NCBI GenBank assembly: GCA_015680685.1
Contig: MNCI01000721.1
Span: 186,001 to 250,000 of the forward strand
From: Gnetum montanum
Lineage: Eukaryota; Plantae; Gnetophyta
Reading direction: 5' to 3'
Length of the DNA stretch: 64,000 nt
Numbering within the stretch: the stretch's first letter is position 1; each line of letters starts with the position of its first letter. Shown piece after piece: positions 26,803 to 40,309 of the stretch. The position numbers and the translations under genes are program-made. Under the pieces are notes generated by a model. That model worked only from the letters and a program-made list of their open reading frames with translations. It did not search any database and was not told where the DNA came from.

Positions 26803-28515
26803 TTATATTGCTTTAACAACTACATATGCTTGTTTTTCTAGGAGTGGATATTCAAGCTTTAAACCTTTTAATTAATGACTATAAAACCTTATGAAAAGAT
26901 CATCAATACCTTCATTTTGCATAATGACCACTACCAATGTATTTTAGAAGAAAATGCATATAAATAAAAATATTTTTGAAAATTAGTACTTACTAGGATT
27001 GGTCATTGTGTAATATCTACTTTAACTTATTTAAAAGAACTCTCATGTTCAGTAGTTTTCTTAACTTCTTAATCCTTTTTTAACATCAATTGTAAGGATC
27101 TACATACTTCTGTAAAATCTAGAATGAATTTCTTGATAAAACCGATCTTACCAAAGTAAGATCTTAATACTTTCTTACTAGTTGGAAACATGAGATCCTT
27201 GATATTTTGGATCTTTAATTGATCTACTATAATAATTGCATGAAAAATTTTATGTCAAAGAATAATACCTTTTTCCATAGCAAAAATGCTCTCTTTAGGA
27301 TTCAATGAGATTACATACATGAGAGAATAGCAAAAAATATCCTACATATGTTTAAAATGCTCTTTCATAATCTTGGAATATATTATGAGATCACCTTGAT
27401 AAATAGTTATGAATTTTCTCATTAAACATTAAAAAACTCTATTCATGGCATGCTGAAAAGTTTCATCCACATTGGACAAACCAAAGGAGATTCTCTTCTA
27501 CATGTAGGTTTCTACTTGGTAGTAAATGCAATCTTATACTAATTAGTAGAATCTACTAAAATCTAGTTGGAACCTAAAAAACCATATAAGAACAAATAAA
27601 GTGTAGAACTTGCCACCCTTCATAACATTTCATTAATCCGTAGAAGTTGAAGGAATTTTAGATAGNAATAAGTGTATGATGAGAGATAAATAATCTAATC
27701 ATTAACCATCATTCATTCTAGTAATAATTCAAGATTCAAAAAATCTTCCAAATTCTAGAGCTAATTTCTCCCAAACAACAATATCTATTGAACTAAAATT
27801 TTAGTTGCACGTACCCACCTTTCTAGCTTTCTAATAAATATAGAATCTTTAACAAATGTTTTGAAATTACTTAGATATGATAAAATAGTGAATGTCCCCG
27901 ATTCTAACTATTTAACTTCCAAGATTAAGTAACTAATGATGAATGATGTTGATGAATTTTTGAATTGATGAAAAATTGAAGAATTTATGATGAAATAGTA
28001 AAATTATTGGTGAAATTATATGGATGATTTTGTTATACAAATTTTCAAGAGATGCCCTAACTATATATGTGTGACAAGTGGGGGAAAAGTTTCTAAAAAT
28101 ATTACAATATAGGTTCAATGAAAAAAATTAAAAATTTATATATATATATGGATTGGGGTCAAAATAATATTACAAATACCCACTAATTGAAAATTTTCTA
28201 ATATTTTATTAAAATAAATTTCTATTATATAATAAGAATAAAAAATTATTGTCTTCTACTCTAAAAATTAGACAAAAGTATCTATCCTTCTTTGAAGTAA
28301 TATTCAAATTCTTGAAATCCATACACAAATGAATATTGCCATTTTTTATTCTTATTGGAACTAATCTTCAATCCATAATGAATACCAAATAGGATAAATA
28401 CTCTTTTTTGAAGGCGTTTCTTTAATTCTACCTCCATAGTTATTTTAAACTATGGATTAAATTTTTGATGGACCACATTACAAGTAGGTAGTAAAGGAAT
28501 CTTATGCATGATAAC
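26803..28515 (-). pseudogene. pol: Element E part 2: RT and RH N-terminus
   Basis: MHKIPLLP (28490-28510), LVPIRIKNGNIHLCMDFKNLN..KKDRY (28280-28365), FLYGFLGSN*ILVD..YKIAFTTK (27520-27600), LEKQAYVVVKAI (26810-26845). Confidence 0.8.
27648..28274. mobile_element. Solo LTR of an unidentified family inserted in E's RT
   Basis: 627-bp AT-rich insertion with TG..CA termini and near-TSD gaagt/aaagt, interrupting the RT between KDRY and RINEM. Contains one N. Confidence 0.6.
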
Positions 28516-29417
28516 TAATGAATCATGGATTAGCTATATCAACTAGGCCCCATTAACTAGGCATCATTGACTAGGCATTGTTGACTAGGTCTCATCAATG
28601 AATGCTTTGATGCATTGATGTGCCATCATTGACATAGTGTTTATTTTTTCCTATAAACACATACTCACCAACTATGTTTATATCATATATTATCATAGTT
28701 GTAGTAGGGCTCTTGTGGTTTTGTCATTTGGAATTTAGAATATTTTTCTAAGTGCCTACATTAGAAGTCAAGAGTGTATGGATCTTTAGTCAAGCATTGT
28801 TGTACCTAAGCATAGCAGTGTGTGCGACAATAAAAATAAGCTTTTTGATCAACCTTGCAACACTTGGAAATAGATTAATTATTTATTTATGCATTTAATG
28901 TTTTATGTGATTTTTTAATGCTTTAAGTAATTAAATAATTAATTAGGCTAAACTAAGCTAGATTAAGTAGTGATTAATTAACTACATAAGTAAGACCACT
29001 TTGAGCATACGCTTGATACTTGGTAATCCTATTAATGCTTAATGTTTGGCAACCTAATAGCACTAAACGTGTTTAGGATGTGTATGAAAACTAGGAACAG
29101 ATGCTTATGTTAGTGTTAGTTAGGTGTAGTTAGTTAGATTAAATGAGCAATTAAATTACTTCATTCCTTTCATCCTTTATTTTAAGCATCCAAAATATAA
29201 ACCATAAAAATAATAAAAAATATACACCTCAATTACACTTAATCGTACCTTTTCATATCACAAGTATAATTGGGAAGACAACAAATAACTATTAGGACAA
29301 GTTCACTTCCTAGAGGCTAGTGTACTAGAAGACATAGAGTTCATGAAATTCAATTAGATCATGTGTGAATGCTTAGTGATTCATATGGTTGAGCATAGGG
29401 GTACTCACCACTCATCA
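28516..29417 (+). repeat. 5' LTR of element C
   Basis: TAATGAATCA...CACTCATCA; TATA-like cctataaaa at ~28650; gactagg repeats at 28540-28590. Confidence 0.85.
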
Positions 29418-29418
29418 T

Positions 29419-29436
29419 TGGTACCATTGTTGGGAA
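29419..29436 (+). promoter_or_regulatory. PBS of element C (TGGTACCATTGTTGGGAA), decayed tRNA-Asp type
   Basis: Directly after the LTR; differs from TGGCGCCGTTGCCGGGGA only by transitions. Confidence 0.7.
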
Positions 29437-29569
29437 CTCTTTTAGCTTGAAATATGTGCTATCTAGGCATAGTAAAAATAATTAACATCATTGGATGAGA
29501 CCTAAGCTCAAAATCATTCTAAAAATAAATATAATAATTTAAGCACACTAATATTTTACTGTAATTGCA

Positions 29570-32500
29570 AAATGTCTTCTTATCATAAGCATGATGATAC
29601 TAAATTGCTAGTGCCTCAAGAATGCGAGGTAGTATATACTCATTTAGATGAGTGTGTGATTGATTTTACCTTCATCCTTCATTGGAATGAACAACTACAA
29701 TGGTGAGATATGGAAGAAAATATTGTAATTCCTTCCAATCGATCTATGCCTAGGATGCTACTCCAAACTCTTAGAAGGTTAGGCATCAAAGATCTCCAAG
29801 AAGAGTATGTTATGCATGACTATGACTACTGGGACTACCATGCCACTAAAACACAACACAGGAGAGATCAACACTAGAAGAAGTACCATTAGGCTATGAA
29901 GGGAAAATGGTTCACCAATCCCTTATTCCTACTCAACCAAAATGACAATGAGGCTCCTTTCTCTAGGGGTTCTCAACATGAATATTCTCCACTTCTTAAT
30001 ATTGGTAATGAGGACTTGAACCTAAAGCTGCAGTCCACTATCAAAAATTCGAGTTCAAGTGAAAGTGGGAGTTAAATTAGGGGCTTAGGCAAGCAACAAG
30101 ATGACAAGAAAGTTAATGAACATGACTATGACAAGCATAGCGAAGGTGATAGACACCATGGTGGTGGCAATCCTCCTCCCTTTTCATCCTCTTCATCTAC
30201 ATCTTCTTCTTCCTTTTCTGGTTCTGATAGATGTCACAGAAAGGACAACCATGATGAAGGTGAACAATGGGATAATAATGATAATCTTAAAGACCACCAT
30301 GAACAAAGGGGTAGTAGAGGACATCATCGAAATCATTGAAACAATGATGATGATGAGCCTTTTTAGGCAACTTAAAGCATGCTAAAAATTATAGAGGTAG
30401 TAAAAATTCCAACCAAGCAAGTGAAAGATAGTTGGAACAACTGACTTGACATGAATAATATCCCTAAATTTGAAGGGGATATAACTCTAATCCACAAACA
30501 CATCTTCAAGTCTTTCACAATGCCTATGTGATACAAAATATTGAAAATGATTGGTAGAAATTAAGGCTATTTCCAAGGACACTCATAAAGGAAGCTGAAA
30601 GCTTGTATCAGTCCTTAGAGTCGGAATCCATTTGTAGGTGGAGTATAATGCTAGAGCTATTTAATGATAAATACCATATGTACTTTCAAGTGTCTAATCT
30701 GTGAAGGAAAATCTAAGAATGAAAGTAAGGAACACATGAACCCTTGGATGCCACCATGGATAGATACTATTCTCTCATACACTGATGACCTAGCCATTGT
30801 TATTCTCAATGGGCACAACCTCACCACATCATAGATGGACTCATATTATAAATGAGAAGAACTCTTGAGATCTATTCCCAAGGGAGATTATCAAAACTTA
30901 GAGCCCTTCAAATCCTAAGGCTGATAAAGCATGTGGAAAATGAAGAAGGAGAGATGAGAAAATAGGAAAATACTAAGAAATATAGCATGGATCCTTTCAT
31001 TAGAAAAAGAAAGGTCTGATTTTATGACAATGAAGAGGAGTCACCACTTGATGAGGTGGTGAACAAAAAGATATTGCCAATCCAAAAATCTATGACTAAA
31101 ATTTTGGATAAGGTAGATAAAATGTGGGATTTGTTAGATGAAAAATTTCAAACTACTCTAAAGATCACAAAAGAATCAAGAAAGTAGAGTAGTGATTGTA
31201 ATTGTAGGAGGTAGAAAGAAGCTGAACATGCCTACCAAAGGGGTAAGGACATAGCTACTATAGTACAAGAAGTTGTGGAGATAGAATCAAATGATGATGC
31301 TAGATGTGACATCTACCAATACAAACATCCTAAGGGATGTTCCCCTATCATGTCACACTTGTAGAAGTTTGGGATGTACATGCTAAATCCTAGACTGGCA
31401 AGAAGGAAAACACCAAGAAGATTGCCTTATCCTCAAGATAATCCAAGGAAATTTCATCAACAACAATAAGCTTATTATCCAAGTGGAACTCCACCACAAG
31501 AAGATGAGTAGTACCAACAATGGCAAAACCCACACTCATGGGAGATTACACCACCAAGGTAGCAGTACCCTTATAGGTAGCAAGATCCATATGGGTATTA
31601 TGTTCAATAACCAATGTCTTCACGTGACTCTTCTAGTTATGTTTCTTTTCAACATCACTACTACCCTCCATAGTATCAAAAAACTTATTCACCATCTACT
31701 ATAAAGAAATCCCCACATCCCTATCATCTTTTTCATCCTTTAGCACATGTTCCTTCACACTCACCCCAATTACCTTCTGCTCCATCTACATAGGGTGAAA
31801 TTCCACCATATCCACAACAATGTAACACTACTAGGGCTATCAACTTATGACCAACTTTCAAAATGAATAGTTTGAAACCTAGATCTCAAAAATGACCATT
31901 CTTCTGATCCAATAGTTCTCCAAATTCCTCATAGACTAATGTGGTTGGCTGACCTATCTCTCCATCATCTTCTACAACAAATATTTTCGAGAGCCCTTCA
32001 AACCAAACGCCTCCTAAGATCTACACTATCATGTTAACTCATGCTATATTTGATTAGATCAAGGTTGGAAACCTTTCCAAAAAAAACTTTGATGCTAGAA
32101 GTCCTCTCATCTACTTGCAAATGACTAGACATGAGCCATGTAAGGCTCTTCTTGATTCAAATTTCACTATCAATCTAATTTCCCATGACATGTAGAAATC
32201 ATAGAACCTTCCACCTCTTAAGAAGAGTAATATCCTTCTAGAATTGGCAAACCAGTCAATCACTATTCCTTTGAGACTTGTGAAGGACATTATAACCACT
32301 ATTTGTGGGTGGTCTTATCTTGTTGATTTTTTGGTGATCAAGGTTGATAACTACAAGGGAGACTTTCCAATTATTATGGAAAGGGCATGGTTGAGTACTA
32401 TTGATGCATGAATGAGCGTCAAAGATCTCTTTCCGAAACTTTTCAAGGAGAATGAATTTGAAAAGATCAAGAAGAAGAAAATTCCATGCATCATGTACAG

Positions 32501-35250
32501 TGATACTAGATGCAACTGTGGTTTGCTAAGAGCACATCCATCAAAGTATGTAGACATTATGTACATAAATCTAAAATCCAAAGGTGCTTGTACACAGCAA
32601 CCACAAAACATTAGAGTACTAGTGGTTGATAGATGATCTTGGAAGTAGCACACTTTGCATGGAACCTACTAAGAGTCTGACATGTGCCTACATTGAAAGC
32701 ATTGATAAACTAGAACAAGCTCATCACAAACTCTCTGATGATGCAAATGATGATACCAATTGGGAAGAGTTGGAAAAATTTTAAACAAAATTCCTTAGAG
32801 TTGAAAACTCTACCTAGTGGCATGGAGCATGCATTTTTGACAAATGAAAAACTAGTAATAATCACTGTCAATCTTGCTCCTAAACTAAAATAGATGCTAT
32901 TGAAGGTGGTCAACAAATGGCTAATAGCTTTTTCTTGGTCATATCCAAAACTCACAAGGATTGATCCTAGGATGTGCAAGCATTTTATTTACACTAATTC
33001 GACTATGAAGCTAAAGAGGTTGCCACAATGGTGATTGAATTCCAAATTAAAGTAAATCATCAAGGTGTGGTTTATCTATTCCATTGTGGATAGTGAGTGG
33101 GTTAGTCCACTCATGATTATGCTAAAGAAAGGTGATGAGTGGTGAGCCTGCATCGACTTCTAACTACTAAATATGGCAATGTTTAAAAATCACTTTTCAT
33201 TGCCATTTTTGGATCAAGTGTTAGGTACTATATCTAGGCATTGCTATTATAGTTTTCTAGATGGTTATAGCGGCTATAACCAAATCCAAATTGCATTAGA
33301 GGATCAGGCCAAAACAACATTCACAAGTCCCTAGGGGACTTCTGCATATTAAAAAATGTCTTTTGGTCTATGTAATGCTCCTTCAACATTCAAATGCTTG
33401 ATCTTAATCATTTTTTAGTAACAAATTGGTTATAGGATGAAAGTCTTCATGGATGACTTCTCCACCTATGGCGCTACATTTGAGCAAGCTTTGGACCACC
33501 TTGAGGAAGTGCTTAAAAGATATGTGGAGACAAATATTTGGCTCAATTAACAAAAGAGCCATTTGATGGTCCAGTAGGGCATTGTATTGGGGCATAGAAT
33601 TTCTTAGGTAGGGATTTATGTGGACCCTAAAAAGNATCAAAGCATTTTGGATGCATAGTTGAATTACACCATAATGGAGAAGGAATTAATGATAAAGTTG
33701 TATGCTTTAGAGACGTTCAGGCACTATGTGCTTGGTTATAAAGTATTTGTGTACACTGATCATAATGCAATTCACTTTCTCATGAATAAATCAACAGTGA
33801 ACCTCTATATTATATGATGGTTAGGGATCTTGCAAGAATTTGATCTTACAATGGTAGATAAAAAAGGGATTGAGAATGTGATCACTAATCACTTATCTTG
33901 GTTATGATGGGATAACCAAGAGGAGGAGAGTCTACTCTTTGACCAATTTCCTAATGAACTCCTCTTTATGAGTGCAATAAATAAACAAGTGCCCATAGAA
34001 CCAAAATGGTATGATGACATCTTTTCACTAAGGAAATGCCACAAGATCTAGACTACAAAATGAAACAATAGTTTCTTCATTAGGTCAAGCACTTCATGGA
34101 AATCAATGGACACTTTTACAACATATGTATTGATGGCTTAGTTCATGGGTGTGTCCCTAATGTAGATCAATTGTGCATTCTCTAGGATGCTCACAAAGGC
34201 CCTTGTAGAGGCCACTATGCAAGTAGACACATGGCCATAAAAATCTTGATGGAAAGATACTATTGGCCCACAATATTTAGGGATGCCCACCAATTTCTTT
34301 GATCCTATGAATGTTGTCAGTGTGATGATGGGATGACCACACAAGTGTGGAACCTCAATAGTGGATCTAACCACTAGAATCATTAGACTTATGGGGCATT
34401 GACTGCATGGGTTCCATCACATCCATGTCAAATGCAAAGGCATACATAATCATCGCCATTAATTACTACACAAAATGAGTAGAAGTAGTAGCTGTTATCA
34501 ATTGTACATCATCCACTACTGTGTGGTTTGTATAATAAAATGTTGTGAATAGGTTTGGGATGCCACGTGTACTAATTTTTGACAATAGAACCCATTTTAC
34601 GGGAGATACTTTTCACAAGCTCATGCAACGATTGGAGGTTAAACATAAATTAACAACATCCTATCACCTACAAGCCAACATTTAAGTAGAAGTTACTAAT
34701 AGAGAGATCACCAAGATTTTAAGGTGAATAGTTAGCAAATATAAGAGAGACTATTGCACAAAACTCAACAATGTCCTCTAGGACTACCACTCAACATGAA
34801 AACTCTCTATAGGCTACTCTCCCTCTGAGCTAGTGTACAGAAAATTACTAATTCTACCTATCTAATTCAAGCTTCGTATAATTTCAATAGTTTGCGACTT
34901 GGATCTTGACATGAGCTTATCATAAAAAAAGAGATTGATTAACCTGAATGTACTAGATGAAAATTGATTAGTAGCCCTATCTTGGAATGAAGTGCATAAG
35001 GCATTCAACAAAAAGTACCATGACCTTAGAATACAAAAAGTAAAATTTCAACTTGAAGACAAGGTCCTCTACTAGAACCTCATACACATACCTCAACAAA
35101 CTAAGTTTTAGACATTGTGGGAAGGGCCGTACACCATTTATGAAACCTTTTCTTCTAGGGCCATGTTAATGTACAAACCTGAGAGCCTAAACAAAAAATA
35201 GCTAGTCAACACGTAACAAGTCAAACCTTTCAATGAACCCATGCAATTTA
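29570..35250 (+). pseudogene. gag-pol: gag-pol of element C (fragmented)
   Basis: Protease ~32140-32410 (ALLDSNFTINLI..DFLVIKV..RAWL); RT ~32900-33630 (FLDGYSGYNQIQIALEDQAKTTF; KVFMDDFS); RH 33660-33900; INT 34000-35230. Part of RT-RH is lost at the N at 33635. Confidence 0.88.
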
Positions 35251-37339
35251 GTAAAAGAAACACCTCAATTAATGGAAAACCACACTCAATTTTTCGGAAC
35301 TCCTCCTTACAATTTAGTCATGGGGGAGATGGTTATCCATGCTAATTGTTATAGTGGCTCCTTAATTTTTCATCTTTTTGATTTTCACATTTTTTATTTT
35401 ACACACTGTTATTTTTCCAAATTTTTGTTTTATTAAATTGTTAGTGCATTTTATCTTTCTTTAATATTTTACAAGTTCTTTTATATTTTTATTTATTTTG
35501 GTGTAAATTTTTTCTCATCTTCTTATAAAAAGTGCTTTATTGCCAATAGGACATAGTGGTGCTATTGCTGTTTGCTAATAGTGGTTTGTACTTAATATTT
35601 TTAATTACTAGTGTTGAGTTTTTATTTTTGAATTTTGATGATTGATAACTACGATTTATTTCTATTTTCATGACATAGGTAGTGAGTCCATGTCATCACC
35701 CATCCACAAACTCTATGGTTTTCCTTGTTTTGAGAATATGAGGTTTCTTTTTCATTAATAAAACTTTAAGGAACTTGTAACCTTGGTAGTTTTCAAGCTT
35801 GAAAAAGACAAAGTTTTGAAAAGGGTGTGACTTACAAGAAATTTAATATTCTTTGTACCTTTCTACTTGCTTGGGTGCAAGTGTGTTTTTGTGGATTTCT
35901 TACCACTCCATGTCGACCAATAACAGGAAGTTGAATAAGTCTTTGCATGGTGTGGTTTCCATCTAAGAAAAAAATAAAAAACAAAAAATAAAATAATAAT
36001 TAAGAAAAATAAAAAATGATGGGAATTCATAGCACACCCCTTAGACAAAATCAATGGGCTAAAAGCATTAGTTATGGGACTAGAAAGACATGTTACCCAT
36101 GCCTAAAGGTCCCCTTTAACTAAGGTCCTTTGTCACTTAAAGCTTCTCCTTTCTTCTCAAATAAACAATGGTGGTTGTCCATGGGAGCATTCTTGTGTCT
36201 CAAGGAAGTAGACTATTCCTAAAGTGATGATGCAAAGACATTGAAGGTGGTTGGTTTTGTTCTAGAACAAGGTTGGACTTCATCAGGTCATTTAACTATG
36301 ACTTTCACATGGAACTTCATGTGACCATCATTGGGACATCCATTCCATCCTCTTTCTCATCCATTCATGTTCTCCATAACTCACCTCACTACTGATTTTT
36401 ATGTTTTTGTTTCATGTCTTAGTTTGATGTGTTGAAATTCTTAGGTAGATTCTCCAAGTTGGTCCTTAACTTTTCATAGTCATTAATCAACTATGGGGCC
36501 CATAGACTCCTTAGTTGAGGTTACGCAAGGTCAAAAAGGGCATCTGCCACTATGGGGAGGACCCACTTTCATATCTCATGGTTTAGTTAGTTAAGTTTCT
36601 TATCCTTAGACATGGCTACTACCAAAATCCTTTGTGCACCCCATTGTGCATTCAACTGTGTGCTCCTTAAGGCATTCTTCTTCATCAAATCTCATTCTCT
36701 ACTCATTCCTCAGTTTTCTAAATGTTTAAGCCCTCTTCTAATATTTTCATTATGTTCTTAGCTTTTCAAGCTTCCATTTGATCCAAATCTTACTCAAAAA
36801 CTCTTTTTTTTTCATTACTTTTGACAAATTCAATGGTGGTCAATAACCATGTTGACTAGGCCTTGTCGACACAGCCCAAAAATTCTATAAATAATGCCCA
36901 ACACCTTGAAATTTTTTGTTATTTGCTTCAAATTAAGAGGGGAGTTTTTACAATTTTTAGAGGCCAAAACCTTCCATAGCCCATAACATTCACACTATTT
37001 GTCCAAATAACTCTGTTCTTTGATCCTATAGCTACTAGAGGTAAGCTCTTAGTCATGGGGGCCACAAATGTTAAGGTTTCTAACAAACATTTTTCAAAAT
37101 TTTTCTACCCCAAAAGGGTTAATGAATAAATATTAAACCATCAATTTTTGAATTTAGCCCTTCCAAAAAAACTCTAATAAACCTAAAATTATTTATTAGT
37201 ATTAAAATAATCAACTAGGTCATGATAACAACTTAGCCAAGTGTAACTACCCCAAGAGATAAGGTATTCCAAATGTTTTAAAGTTACATAGTAAGTGCTA
37301 ATTCTTGGTCATGTTGTGATTACAAATGGAACCTATGCC

Positions 37340-40180
37340 AAAATGTCCATAGGAAGGAGGATCATCACAACCAAAGGACAAACAACCTAGAACTAGAAGG
37401 GGCCAAGAAGAACAAGCTCAAGAGTAAGTAGTAGAAACTCATGCAATGGGACCTCTTTGGGAGCAGCCTAAAGTGGAATCTACTCAATAGATTCCCAAGG
37501 AAGAGGCTGAAACTGAACAATCCCAAAGAGGAGAGGCACTAGGTCCCATACCAAGACTTGAGGTCAGATTAACATAAGCCTACCTAGACACAATCAAGCC
37601 TCATGATGTCCAACACTCAGTTCTCCAAGAATTGAACTTTGTATCATTCTTGGAACATGCTCCACTAGAAGTTAAGATGAAATTGTATAGCTCTCCCTTG
37701 TGGCCATTCATCACTACTAGTAAGGATTGGTACATGGAAGAGACATATCTCTTCTAAAATAGCAAAAAGGTAGGATCCATGGTAAGAATCAAGGATATTC
37801 AAGCATCTTACTCAGCAGAAGCAATTGCATAAGCTCTTAGTTTGCTTGATTCTAGCACCCATCTAGAAAAAATATCAACACAAGAAAATCCTAAGGCAAA
37901 AAGAAAGTGTACCCATCAATGTTATGGGGTTGAATGTAAGGAGTTTGGCATGCTCACACTAATAGTGAAAATATACTTTAACATAGCAGCCGATCACCTC
38001 AATCCAACAATGAGGTCCAACAAGGTGATAGCCTTCTCTACCTATGCATGTGCCACTCTAAGAAAAAAATTCCTAATTAACCTTCCATAGCTAATATATC
38101 TATAGATAGAGAAGGGTTTCAAGGAGAGTTAACATAGAAGAAAAACCCTACCATTTCCATGCCTTGTCAAAAAACTTTGCAAAAGGGTAGGAATAGTCCA
38201 CCACATCAATGACATGATCTAGCATACTCTCATCACCTCTTGGTCTAAAATGATGAATGATAAGACCCTTGCCATATTAAAATAAGAGAAGAAAAAACCA
38301 CCACCTTCATCACCCATGTAAGAAATAATGCTAAATGCCCATGCAACCATTGAATACTTGCATGAAATCTGAGAGGAGCTCTTGCATGAGCAAGAGTTGC
38401 AAGTAGGAACAAGTGGTGATGATCCATCTATATATCATCCTACAATGAGTCACCTCAATGAAGTGGCTCAAAAAATAAGTTATATGGAGAGAGGTGGGCC
38501 AATATTCTCTACCCAAAGAATGCAACTAACTACAAGATTAACTCCAAGTACTAGAGAGGTGACAATGTCTCTCTCAGAATAATACTAATGTCCAAAAATC
38601 TCTAAGAATGCTACTACCTTCTCAGTATGCTTGGAGAAGGTCAAAGGGGAAATTTTATTGATGATATAGCACCAAGGGTAGGATAAAATAGTATAAGTGA
38701 GTTCTAATAGATTTGCTAAAGTTATAAACTCATCTATAGTGCCTATACTAGATGTTTCTACACTCAGAGATGTACAGACATTTGTAGGAACTCTTAGCAA
38801 AAGACTAAGTATAGCCTAGCATGAAGAGCTGGATCAAATAGTGGGAAGTGGGCAATTGATTCTGGATATCTTTGATTTTCTAGAAAATATCACCACAACC
38901 CAATCAAATCTTTTAGAAGCACAAGGAAAGTGCATCATTTTAGAAGGGCAACTTAAAATGACTCAAGTATAAAACCAATGCTTGATCATGAAGATTTTTG
39001 AATTAAGAACCCATCTTGCTAATCTCGCATTCCTCAGCCCTATACTAATAAGAGACGAAGATTTTCAATAGCTTCAAGATAGACTCAATCAGGTTGAGGC
39101 AAGGATGGTAATAATAATCTTTGACCACTCTATGGTTGAGACCAAAACATATTCATTTCAGAAGGACTTGGTCTAGACATGCCAAGAGAATGAGATGCTG
39201 ACCACAAAAAATCATCACCTACAAAATGTTGATGTGCAAAAATAACAAATAAAAGAATTCATCCATCAAAAATAAGAGAAGCAAGCTAGGATGAATGCTA
39301 AGCTTAGGAGATTGGTAGCAAAGAATAGAAATCTCTTTACAGAGGAAGTATGTGCCTTATGCCAAAAATCTGTGATCAAGGTTTCCACTTGGAAAAATGA
39401 GGCTCTCAAATTTGAGAGAGTCAAAGATCACTATAGAGATCAGGTTCGCCTATAGAAAGAAGTAAATGAAAAATACATCTAGATGGCTAAGGAAAAAGTT
39501 AATGAGGCCCTCCATCAATTCCAACAAAGAAGAAAGATGTGGAAACCTATCATTGATGGAATAGATGCCTACAACAAAGTAGAGATCTACATGAAGGAGT
39601 TGCAAATAGAAGAGATGACTAAATACATTTCACCAATCTCAGCTATGCAAACTTGGCAATGCTAACTACCAAATGGCTATGGTTAGAGTTAGAAAAGAAG
39701 GTGGCTAGCTCATACTTGTTGTATGATGTAGATTTCAAGCATCACAAGGAGACCAAGAAAAAGCTTGAGACTACGAACATAGAACTCAAAGTTCTTAGGG
39801 AAAGATTCACCAATCAAAGATCAACCACTAAGAACCTAGCCAAAAGAATGAATGATAGCTAGGAGCTACAAAATCCAATCAGGGTATTTAACATCAAATG
39901 CAAATAATTTACTACCTAGTTCATTAATGTTAAGGAGCTATTCCCAACAATGCCATATCCTTGGAATGTGCCCATTTCAGCCCACATTGGCAAAGCTATG
40001 TGGACCATGCATGATCCTAAGAGTAAGGAGGAGAAGATGAAAGCATTGTTGAATGATTTCTATCTTCCACCAAAAGTTACAGTAATATTAGGATAGTCAC
40101 AATAGCCTCAACCACCACATGCATCTAAAGTAAAAGAAGGTTCCTCAGAACCTCAGGAACCTCCACCACCTGGGACTATT
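37340..40180 (+). pseudogene. Extra 3' ORF of element C: Athila env-like / putative plant transposon protein followed by long coiled coil
   Basis: Motifs MVRIKDIQASYSAEAIA*ALSL (~37780) and KTLPFPCLVKKLCKRVGI (~38145) recall the VRGxxVxFSxxxIN and LPFPxLITxLCxxAGV motifs of Athila extra ORFs. E/K/Q-rich heptad fragments at 38900-39860. Confidence 0.65.
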
Positions 40181-40309
40181 TAATCTTCTCCATCTTCTTC
40201 ACCGCATCAAAGGAGAATGTGTTTGTAATATTTTATCTTGGTGTTCAATTTTGTAGTCCTAAACACCAAAAATTTTTGTAATGATTGTATGTACGTACAC
40301 TCAAGAACT

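Larger units (their letters stand above)
28516..40300 (+). mobile_element. Element C: Athila-like Ty3/Gypsy with extra 3' ORF; 3' LTR missing
   Basis: 5' LTR 28516-29417 (reverse-complement homologue of the B LTRs), PBS, gag-pol and a long downstream ORF. Host element E sequence resumes at ~40310. Confidence 0.88.
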
